A DNA stretch of 64,000 nt. It comes from an uncultured SAR86 cluster bacterium (lineage in GTDB: Bacteria > Pseudomonadota > Gammaproteobacteria > Magnimaribacterales > D2472). Under the pieces are notes generated by a model. It searched no databases. It had not been told where the DNA came from and was given only the letters and a program-made list of their open reading frames with translations. The position numbers were made by a program, and so were the translations under genes. Where the stretch lies: the NCBI GenBank assembly GCA_902511575.1, contig CABXFU010000002.1, forward strand, positions 89,444-153,443, given 5' to 3'. Shown in pieces: positions 18,661 to 26,609 of this stretch; the stretch's first letter is position 1, and every line of letters begins with the position of its first letter.

Positions 18661-19425
18661 ATGTCATTATTTAATTTAAAAAATAAATCATTTTTAATTA
18701 CAGGCTCATCAAAAGGTATTGGTAAATCAATTGCATTTCATGCAGCCACACACGGAGCAAAAGTTATTATTTCAAGCAGGAAAATTGATGCTTGCAAGGA
18801 AACAGCTGACGAGATTAACAAGAAAGTTGGATCAGAACTAGCCTACCCGATTGCAGGTAATATTGCCCACGAATCAGAATTAGTAAATTTAGTAGAGGAG
18901 ACTAATAAGCTACTAGGTAAGATTGATGTGCTAATTTGTAACGCTGCAACAAATCCATTTATGGGCTCGATGGCAGATATTCCCTCAGATGCTTTTGATA
19001 AAGTAATGAACAACAATATAAAAGCAAATCATATATTAACTAATCTAGTTACACCCCAAATGATTGAACGTAAAGATGGAGTAATAATAATTATTTCAAG
19101 CGTTGGGGGAACTAGAGGAAATAATCTCATAGGTACTTATAATTTAAGCAAAGCTGCAGACATCCAAATGGTAAAAAATATTGCTGTAGGATATGGACAT
19201 CATAATATTAGAGCTAATAGCATTGCTCCAGGTCTTATTAGAACTGATTTCGCTAAAGGGTTATGGGAGAATCCTACTATACTTGAGCAGTATACAAGCA
19301 CACATCCCATGAAAAGAATCGGTGAGCCTGATGAGGTAGCTGGTGCAGCAATAATGTTAGCTTCTGATGCAGGAAAATATATAAATGGTCAAACTATTAT
19401 CGTTGACGGTGGAGCAACTGCTTAA
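18661..19425 (+). CDS. short-chain dehydrogenase/reductase (SDR)
   Basis: 254 aa. TGSSKGIGKSIA, NAA, catalytic YNLSKAA, PGLIRTDF. Confidence 0.8.
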   Translation: MSLFNLKNKSFLITGSSKGIGKSIAFHAATHGAKVIISSRKIDACKETADEINKKVGSELAYPIAGNIAHESELVNLVEETNKLLGKIDVLICNAATNPFMGSMADIPSDAFDKVMNNNIKANHILTNLVTPQMIERKDGVIIIISSVGGTRGNNLIGTYNLSKAADIQMVKNIAVGYGHHNIRANSIAPGLIRTDFAKGLWENPTILEQYTSTHPMKRIGEPDEVAGAAIMLASDAGKYINGQTIIVDGGATA

Positions 19426-20414
19426 CTAAAAAGATTTTTAATTTTGTAAAAAAAATTATTAAGGCCAATCTGCTCATTTAACGAAGAAACTTTATTAAGA
19501 TGATATTTGTAGTCAACCAATTCTTCAATTAAATCTGATGCTTGAGCAGTATCAAACTCAATATTTTCTATGGACGTAATGGCTGGATGAGATTTATAAA
19601 AATCTTGATCGATGCCTATGCATGTCTTTAAAAAAAGAATAATAGAATTAATTTTTTCATCAAAAGAAATGTTTATCTCCTTATAAAATTTTAATAAATC
19701 AGGTGTAGTTTTTTCGCCAAGGCAGTATGAGTTAAGATTTTGAGAAATATCTATATATTGACCAGCCAAATCATTGTTAATTAGATGCTCAATTTGCAAT
19801 GGTGTAGAGTCAGGAGCAAAATTTAATGAGGAAAAATCAATATAACCTTGATCAGCGATCCATTGATCCAGATCTTGGGAGTCAGGATTTTTTATTGTAA
19901 TTAAGCTGGAGCGGCTATATATTGTGGGTAAAAAATATTTACGTTGATTTGAAATAAGAAATATATGCTTATTTTCAGGTAATTCTTCCAAAGTTTTTAA
20001 AAGTGCGTTTTGCGCATTAATGTTCATAGAATGAGCATCAAAAACAATTGCTATTCTTTTTTCAGATACTGAATTAGTCATGGCTATAAATTCATTCAAT
20101 GCTCTTATTCCTTCTATTTTATTAGAAGTTAAAGCCTCTTTCTTTGCTTTAGAATATGTATGAAGCACGCTAGAACATTTATCATTATCAAGAAAACAGT
20201 AATCAGGATGTGATCCAGCTAAAAAGTAATTGCAGGAATTACATATACCACAGGGTGCAAACTCATCCGAACATAATAATTTTTGAGCAAAATATTTAGC
20301 AAGTTGTTTTTTAGCTAAGCCTGACTCTCCTTCGATAATTGATGAGGATGAAAATGCGAGATTTTTGTAGGCTATTATTGAATCATTTAGCCAGGGAAAT
20401 CTTTCAATACCCAT
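19422..20414 (-). CDS. holB: DNA polymerase III delta-prime subunit
   Basis: 330 aa. Zinc module CGICNSCNYFLAGSHPDY and NALLKTLEELP. Its position downstream of tmk matches Gammaproteobacteria. Confidence 0.8.
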   Translation of the reverse strand: MGIERFPWLNDSIIAYKNLAFSSSSIIEGESGLAKKQLAKYFAQKLLCSDEFAPCGICNSCNYFLAGSHPDYCFLDNDKCSSVLHTYSKAKKEALTSNKIEGIRALNEFIAMTNSVSEKRIAIVFDAHSMNINAQNALLKTLEELPENKHIFLISNQRKYFLPTIYSRSSLITIKNPDSQDLDQWIADQGYIDFSSLNFAPDSTPLQIEHLINNDLAGQYIDISQNLNSYCLGEKTTPDLLKFYKEINISFDEKINSIILFLKTCIGIDQDFYKSHPAITSIENIEFDTAQASDLIEELVDYKYHLNKVSSLNEQIGLNNFFYKIKNLFS

Positions 20415-20415
20415 A

Positions 20416-21009
20416 CTAAAATAGACGCTCCACTAAAGTTTTGGTTTGCTGGCTGATTAAGTCAATAGGCTCGGAAGCATCCAATATTTCAACTTCGCTC
20501 CTATCTTTGGCCAGTTGCTGATAACCCTTTCGAACATCTTCAAAAAAATTAATTCCAGAAGATTCAATGCGATCAATAACATCATTAGCTTTTCTTTCAA
20601 ATCCTGTTTTTACATCCAAGTCATATATTATTGTCAGATCAGGAGTTGGACAGTTGATACCATTTATTAAAAAATTAATTAAATCAAGCGAAAGCTTTCG
20701 ACCGAAGCCTTGGTATGCAATAGAAGCATGATAATACCTATCACACAAAATAAAGTCTTCTTTAGAATCCATTAAATGATCTTTAATCATTTCAGACCTA
20801 GCTGCAAACATTAGTAATAATTCTGTATGAGCGGATATGTTAGATTCCTTAGATAAAAGTAATTCTCTAATTTGTTCACCGAAATTAGTCGATCCAGGCT
20901 CTCTGAGAAGTTTTGTAGAAAAACCTTTAGTTTTTAACCAATCCAAGACTAAATTAATTTGAGTAGATTTGCCTACCCCTTCTATTCCTTCAAAAGTTAT
21001 TAATTTCAT
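20416..21009 (-). CDS. tmk: thymidylate kinase
   Basis: 197 aa. ITFEGIEGVGKSTQ, LREPGST, DRYYHASIAYQG. Confidence 0.9.
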   Translation of the reverse strand: MKLITFEGIEGVGKSTQINLVLDWLKTKGFSTKLLREPGSTNFGEQIRELLLSKESNISAHTELLLMFAARSEMIKDHLMDSKEDFILCDRYYHASIAYQGFGRKLSLDLINFLINGINCPTPDLTIIYDLDVKTGFERKANDVIDRIESSGINFFEDVRKGYQQLAKDRSEVEILDASEPIDLISQQTKTLVERLF

Positions 21010-21012
21010 TCT

Positions 21013-22005
21013 TTAGTTAAGCTGATATTTTTTTACAGCTTCAAGATGCTGTTTATAGGTTTTAGAAAATTTATGAGTTCCATCGCCTTTAGCAACAAAA
21101 TATAGATAATCATTTTTCATACCCAATATTACTGCTTCCAAAGATGATTGGCTAATCATTGATATTGGGGTCGGTGGTAAAGCTGAAATTTGGTAAGTAT
21201 TGTATGGGTTATTCTTATCTATAAGATTCGCTTTTGTAATATCGCCATTAAAATCTGGCATTAAGCCATAAATGATTGTTGGATCTGCCTGTAACTTCAT
21301 ACCAATAGATAACCTATGCAAAAAGACTCCAGCAATAATAGATTTCTCTTCTTCGTTGCCCGCTTCTTTCTCTACAATGGACGCGAGAATCAAAGCATCA
21401 GCTAAAGTTGTTAATGGAAAATTAGGTTTTTTCTTTTCCCATAAATTTAGTGATAATTTAAAAAATTCGTCTTGTGACCGTTGTAAAATTTTAGATAAGG
21501 AATCCGAGTACTTATAAAAATATGTATCTGGTTTTAATGTCCCTTCTACAAAATCATAACGATCATCTAAACATTTGAAGTTACTACAATCATTATTTAA
21601 ATTTGATTCTGAAAGAATTTGTTTTATCTCAAATAAATTTTTTCCAGCAGGAATTTCTAACTTGTATATAACAACATCGCCACTATTTACTGAGAGTATA
21701 AATTTTTTCCATGATTTTTTTTTAAGCTGATAATGCCCAGCTTGAGCCATGTTTATATCATTAACTCTTAGATATACCTTTAATAAAAATTTATGAGCTG
21801 GTTTGACTGTCAATTCTTCTAGGATTGAATTAAAGGATGCACCTTTTTTTACAGTATAAAATTCAAGATCATTATCAACTCTAGAGTGAGAAAAAGATTC
21901 GGACGATCCTATTAAAACAATAATAGATATAGCTATAGAAAGTACAAATAAAGAAATATTAGATATTTTTGAAGACAAGTGTAGAGTTGGTTCCCCCAAA
22001 TCCAA
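21013..22005 (-). CDS. mltG: endolytic murein transglycosylase MltG (YceG-like); start uncertain
   Basis: 330 aa. N-terminal TM helix, ILASIVEKEAG, LQADPTIIYG, YNTYQISALPPTPI. The three possible starts are all TTG (22005, 21999, 21978), and each overlaps the fabF 3' end. Confidence 0.8.
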   Translation of the reverse strand: MDLGEPTLHLSSKISNISLFVLSIAISIIVLIGSSESFSHSRVDNDLEFYTVKKGASFNSILEELTVKPAHKFLLKVYLRVNDINMAQAGHYQLKKKSWKKFILSVNSGDVVIYKLEIPAGKNLFEIKQILSESNLNNDCSNFKCLDDRYDFVEGTLKPDTYFYKYSDSLSKILQRSQDEFFKLSLNLWEKKKPNFPLTTLADALILASIVEKEAGNEEEKSIIAGVFLHRLSIGMKLQADPTIIYGLMPDFNGDITKANLIDKNNPYNTYQISALPPTPISMISQSSLEAVILGMKNDYLYFVAKGDGTHKFSKTYKQHLEAVKKYQLN

Positions 22006-23191
22006 AAGAGTTATTCATGGCAATAGATACTTTTTTTTCATTTGAAACCAGGGGTGTGTAATTCAAATCACAATGGGAATCGGGATTATCTAAATTGATT
22101 GTTGGCGGTATAATTCCTTCATTGATTGCCTTAATGCAAAAAATAGATTCTATTGCACCGGCTGCTCCAAGCGTATGACCAGTCATAGATTTTGTTGAAC
22201 TTATTTGAGGCACTGTCTCGCCAAATACACTTTTCAAAGCAATGGTCTCTGCAATATCACCAAGTGGTGTTGATGTTCCATGAGCATTAATATAGTCCAC
22301 TTCTGATAAATTAATTTCAGAATCGTCAATAGCATTAGTCATGGCTAAAGCTGCCCCTCTTCCATCTTCAGGGGGCGCTGTCATATGATGAGCATCTGAA
22401 CTGGTCCCAAATCCGATAATTTCGGCGTAAATTTTTGCTCCGCGTGCATTAGCATGATCAAAATCTTCAAGAACTAAGGATCCAGCACCATCTGAAAGCA
22501 CAAATCCATCTCTATCTCTATCCCATGGTCTGCTAGCTGCTTGTGGATCTGAATTCATAGAAAGAGCTCTGGCTGATATAAATCCTGCAATTGAAAGAGG
22601 TGTTGAGGCCATTTCTGCGCCTCCTGCGATCATTACGTCTGCTTCTCCACAGGCTATAGATCTAGCAGCCGTTCCGATACAGTGATTACCAGTAGAACAA
22701 GCTGTTACCACAGAAGTATTTGGTCCCATGAATCCATGTTTAATGGAAACAAGTCCGGATATCATATTAACAATTGAGCCAGGAACGAAAAATGGAGATA
22801 CTTTTTTATATCCTCTTTCTTCTAATAAAACTTTATTTTTTTCGATAGTATCAATGCCACCAATGCCTGCACCAAAATTAACACCAACTTTTTTTAAATC
22901 AAGGTTAGAGTCTAGTATTCCAGAGTTTTCAATGGATTGATTTGCTGCAATTATTCCATACTGGATAAAAGGATCAATTCTCCTAACTTCTTTCGAGTCA
23001 AGAAATAAATTAGCATCAAAATTTTTTAAACGGCCACCAATTGTTACGGGGCTGTTAGGTAGTCCTATGTCAACGGTTGTAATACCGGATTTCCCTTCTA
23101 CACATGAGTGCCACGCATCATCAACGTTATTACCTATTGGTGAAAGAATACCTAAGCCAGTAACTACAACCCTTCTGTGTAGTTGCTTCAT
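21959..23191 (-). CDS. fabF: 3-oxoacyl-ACP synthase II
   Basis: 410 aa. RVVVTGLG, active-site TACSTG, HGTSTPLGD, KSMTGHTLGAAG, NSFGFGGTN. Confidence 0.95.
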   Translation of the reverse strand: MKQLHRRVVVTGLGILSPIGNNVDDAWHSCVEGKSGITTVDIGLPNSPVTIGGRLKNFDANLFLDSKEVRRIDPFIQYGIIAANQSIENSGILDSNLDLKKVGVNFGAGIGGIDTIEKNKVLLEERGYKKVSPFFVPGSIVNMISGLVSIKHGFMGPNTSVVTACSTGNHCIGTAARSIACGEADVMIAGGAEMASTPLSIAGFISARALSMNSDPQAASRPWDRDRDGFVLSDGAGSLVLEDFDHANARGAKIYAEIIGFGTSSDAHHMTAPPEDGRGAALAMTNAIDDSEINLSEVDYINAHGTSTPLGDIAETIALKSVFGETVPQISSTKSMTGHTLGAAGAIESIFCIKAINEGIIPPTINLDNPDSHCDLNYTPLVSNEKKVSIAMNNSFGFGGTNSTLVFKNI

Positions 23192-23201
23192 CTAAGAGAT
23201 T

Positions 23202-23432
23202 TTAGCTGTTTGAATTTATGTAATTTACAGCTTCTTGGACGGTTGAAATCTTTTCAGCTTCTTCATCAGCAATTTCAAGCTCGAACTCTTCTTCAAGAGC
23301 CATGACTAGTTCTACTGTATCAAGCGAATCTGCGCCAAGGTCATCAACAAATGAAGAGTCATTTTTAACCTCATCATCGCCAACGCCAAGTTGCTCACAA
23401 ACAATTTTTCTTACTCTTTCTTCGATACTCAC
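23202..23432 (-). CDS. acpP: acyl carrier protein
   Basis: 76 aa. Phosphopantetheine site [20 protein letters not shown] strong GGAGGA Shine-Dalgarno sequence lies upstream. Confidence 0.95.
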   Translation of the reverse strand: MSIEERVRKIVCEQLGVGDDEVKNDSSFVDDLGADSLDTVELVMALEEEFELEIADEEAEKISTVQEAVNYINSNS

Positions 23433-23493
23433 AGGGCATCCTCCGTTTAAAAAAATCTATTCTACAACATTTCTATGAAAAACAATAAAAACA

Positions 23494-24216
23494 TCAGCTC
23501 ATATATAAGCCACCATCAACAGAAATGGTTTGACCGGTAATATATTCACCTTTATCAGAAGCTAAAAATAAAGCTAAATCAGCTATATTTTGAGGGTTGC
23601 CCATTTTGTTGGCTGGAATTTGATTTAAAATATTTTCTAACTCTTTTTCTTTAAAATGATTGGTCATGTCTGTTTCTATAAAACCAGGTGCAATACAATT
23701 AACAGTAATATTTCTTGCTGCTACCTCTTTTGCTAATGCTCTAGTGAAACCCCCTAGGCCAGCTTTACTTGCTGAATAGTTTACTTGTCCAGGGTTTCCC
23801 ATTAATCCGGCAACACTAGATATATTTATTATTTTACCTGAACGATCCTTAACCATTGTTTTAATAAATAGTTTAGTCATATTGAAGACACTTGTGAGAT
23901 TTGAATCTATAACATCGTCCCAGTCTTCATCCTTCATTCTTAAAAAGAGTTGATCTTTGGTTATACCTGCGTTGTTGATTAAAACATTCGGAACAATATC
24001 TTCTTCTTTTAATTTTTTTATGCAGGATGAAATTTGATCTCTATTCGTAACATCCAGCGATAGATGTAAACAATTTTCAGAACCCAAAACACTAGAAAGA
24101 TTAAATTCTGATCTTGAAGTTCCAATAACAAAATAACCATCGTTTAAGAAGCATTTGGCTAACTCCAAACCTATACCCCTAGAAACTCCCGTAATAAAAA
24201 CTATTTTTTTATCCAT
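23494..24216 (-). CDS. fabG: 3-oxoacyl-ACP reductase
   Basis: 240 aa. ITGVSRGIG, NNAGIT, YSASKAG, and its position in the fab cluster. Confidence 0.9.
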   Translation of the reverse strand: MDKKIVFITGVSRGIGLELAKCFLNDGYFVIGTSRSEFNLSSVLGSENCLHLSLDVTNRDQISSCIKKLKEEDIVPNVLINNAGITKDQLFLRMKDEDWDDVIDSNLTSVFNMTKLFIKTMVKDRSGKIINISSVAGLMGNPGQVNYSASKAGLGGFTRALAKEVAARNITVNCIAPGFIETDMTNHFKEKELENILNQIPANKMGNPQNIADLALFLASDKGEYITGQTISVDGGLYMS

Positions 24217-25147
24217 AATTATTTATCTTCTCATAAAATTCAATGTCAGAAGAAGAAAAATAGTTTTCAAGTTTATTAGCTTTAAATAAGCCTGATAACA
24301 CTTTTCCAGGACCACATTCAATAATTGGCAAATTCTTTGTTGCAATAAAGTTACAAGTCTCCACCCATCTAACGGGTGAATGTAATTGAGAGACTAAAAG
24401 AGGCGGAATATCTTGAGGTAGTGATACTGAATCTACAGATACATTATGAATAATTTTTGTATCTGGCATTTTAAATTGAATATCATTCAAGCTTTGTTGA
24501 AATTCATTTGATGCATTCTGCATAAGCATGCTATGAGATGCAATGCTAACTTTTAGTTTAATTGAGCGTTTCGCGCCTTTGGAAGTACACAAAACTTGCG
24601 CTCTTTCAACAGCATCATCATGCCCAGAAATAACAGTTTGCATGGGAGAATTTAAATTTGCACATTGAACATGTGAATCAGGTCCATGGGAAACACTGGC
24701 ACATATCTCAGCAATAATATCTTGCTCTAAACCCATAATTGCCGACATAGAGCCATTTGGAGCTAACTCCATCAATTCACCTCGTTTTCTAACTAATTTC
24801 AAAGCTTCTATTATTGTGATTGAATTACCAGCAACAAGAGCTGAGTATTCTCCCAATGAATGACCAGCTAAATAAGTCGGGGCGATATTAATTGAATTAA
24901 TTAGTTTATTAAAATGGAGATAAGAACAAAGGACTAAAAGAGGTTGAGTTATTGAGGTTTGATTGATTAATTCTTCCGGCCCCTCCTCAATCAACTTAAA
25001 AGCATCATGAGATATTAAATCACTACAGCATTCAAGAGCATATGAAAATTCCTTTGAAAGCGCTATGTCTGATATCCCTCCAGCAGATAGCATGGATAGG
25101 TGTTGTGAACCCTGGCCTGGAAATGCTAAAAAAGCAGAAAAAGACAT
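24209..25147 (-). CDS. fabD: malonyl-CoA:ACP transacylase
   Basis: 312 aa. FPGQGSQ, active-site GHSLGEYSALV, and its position in the fab cluster. Confidence 0.9.
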   Translation of the reverse strand: MSFSAFLAFPGQGSQHLSMLSAGGISDIALSKEFSYALECCSDLISHDAFKLIEEGPEELINQTSITQPLLVLCSYLHFNKLINSINIAPTYLAGHSLGEYSALVAGNSITIIEALKLVRKRGELMELAPNGSMSAIMGLEQDIIAEICASVSHGPDSHVQCANLNSPMQTVISGHDDAVERAQVLCTSKGAKRSIKLKVSIASHSMLMQNASNEFQQSLNDIQFKMPDTKIIHNVSVDSVSLPQDIPPLLVSQLHSPVRWVETCNFIATKNLPIIECGPGKVLSGLFKANKLENYFSSSDIEFYEKINNYG

Positions 25148-25149
25148 GT

Positions 25150-25362
25150 TTAGTCTTGAGCTTCGCTGTCCTCTACTTCCTTGATAGGTTTTCTTAGATC
25201 TTTGATTAAACGTCCTTTGTAAAAGCCGTCTGCAGTCATTTGATGACGGAGATGCCTTTCTCCAGATACAGGATCGGTAGATAGAGTAAGATCAGATAGA
25301 TGATCATGAGATCTGATCATCCCTCGTTTTGATCTAGTTTTTTTACTTTTTTGTACTGCCAT
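25150..25362 (-). CDS. rpmF: 50S ribosomal protein L32 (with C-terminal extension)
   Basis: 70 aa. [20 protein letters not shown] is the canonical L32 N-terminus. Confidence 0.9.
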   Translation of the reverse strand: MAVQKSKKTRSKRGMIRSHDHLSDLTLSTDPVSGERHLRHQMTADGFYKGRLIKDLRKPIKEVEDSEAQD

Positions 25363-25397
25363 AATATTTTAAAAAAAATGCATCCTATCAGATTAAA

Positions 25398-26339
25398 TCA
25401 AGATTTAATAGTTAAATTCTTTAGCTTGGAGAGAAGTATATCAAATTGATTATTTTTTGAAGCCTCATACCTTACACTTTTGCCTTTAAGATCATAAAAA
25501 GAGATAGATGCAGCATGTAATGCCAGTCGATTGATGGATGTTTCTTTTGCAATATATTTATTTAAATCAAATAGTCCATATTTTTTATCATTGACTATTG
25601 GATGATTTAGATTTGCGCTTTGAACTCTAATTTGATGCATTCTACCGGTGCTAATAAGAATTTCAGCATGTGTAAATGAGTTGAATTTTTTTAGAATTTT
25701 AAAATTCGAAACAGCTTTTTTTCCGTCTAATGATTCTTGCACTTTATGCAGATGCTCTTTTGTTGAAATATTAATGTTTGTTTTAATTTCAATATCTTTT
25801 TTCATAACTCCTATTAAGATTGCCTCATAAATTTTTGTAACTCTGTTAGATTTAAGTTGGTTATGAAAGTGTCTCAAAAACTTTTTATTCTTTGAAATCA
25901 ACAGACAGCCAGATGTAGATTTATCTATGCGATGGCAAAGATCAATTTCTAGCAAGGGAAATGAAGCTCTAGCGATGTCAATCATGCCAAATTGATTATT
26001 TGTTCCAGAATGGACGCTTAGTTCAGGATCTTTATTAACAACAATGTAGTCTTCATTTTGATCAATGATTGATGAATTGAATTCCTTAAGTCTCGAATGT
26101 GGAATCTTTAAATCAGATTCGTCGTTTTTAAAATCAATTAAATATGGTGGAATTCTTATCTCATCGTTAAGCTGCAATTTGTGAGTTGGTTTGATTCGAC
26201 CAGAGTTAACCCTAATCTCGCCCTTGCGAATCATGCTATAAATTTTTGATTTAGGAAGCGATCTATAAATATTAAATAAATAGTTATCAATACGTCTTCC
26301 TGCATGATCATCATCTATTTTTAGGTTTTTGCCACTCAT
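25398..26339 (-). CDS. rluC: 23S rRNA pseudouridine synthase, RluC-like (RluA family)
   Basis: 313 aa. S4 domain (GRRIDNYL...IRKGEIRVN), catalytic HRIDKSTSGCLL, and GRMHQIR. It is divergent from rne, as in E. coli. Confidence 0.8.
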   Translation of the reverse strand: MSGKNLKIDDDHAGRRIDNYLFNIYRSLPKSKIYSMIRKGEIRVNSGRIKPTHKLQLNDEIRIPPYLIDFKNDESDLKIPHSRLKEFNSSIIDQNEDYIVVNKDPELSVHSGTNNQFGMIDIARASFPLLEIDLCHRIDKSTSGCLLISKNKKFLRHFHNQLKSNRVTKIYEAILIGVMKKDIEIKTNINISTKEHLHKVQESLDGKKAVSNFKILKKFNSFTHAEILISTGRMHQIRVQSANLNHPIVNDKKYGLFDLNKYIAKETSINRLALHAASISFYDLKGKSVRYEASKNNQFDILLSKLKNLTIKS

Positions 26340-26609
26340 TAAGGTAGAATACTCGAAATTGTTAGTTTATTAATTAAAAGCTACAAGTATAAAAAGCTTA
26401 TTGCGATATGTCATAAGCACTAATATAAAAATGCTGCAGTGCAGCATGATAAGAGAAAGTTAACAAAGCACAAGGGTGCTAAAAGAATAAAACAAGTTTT
26501 AAAAGCTCCATATAGAATAATGGAGTAAGTTAAAAGAGCTCCAAAGGATAAGACTCTATTAACTCTCAAAGCACTAGTGCTATTCACTTTCTCTGTACCG
26601 GAGAAAAAA
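26340..26609 (+). promoter_or_regulatory. rne 5' leader region with multiple stem-loops (candidate autoregulatory UTR)
   Basis: Hairpins read directly: ATGCTGCAgTGCAGCAT (26431..26447), AGCACaaggGTGCT (26467..26480), CTCCATatagaataATGGAG (26506..26525), AGCACTAGTGCT (26570..26581). E. coli rne carries a long structured autoregulatory leader. Confidence 0.4.

Noticed and set aside
26577-26609. The ORF-track start of rne at 26577 (MLFTFSVPEKK...).
   Set aside because: The canonical RNase E N-terminus MKR(I/M)LIN...ELRVALVDG begins at 26610, so the upstream 11 codons are an ORF-finder extension.
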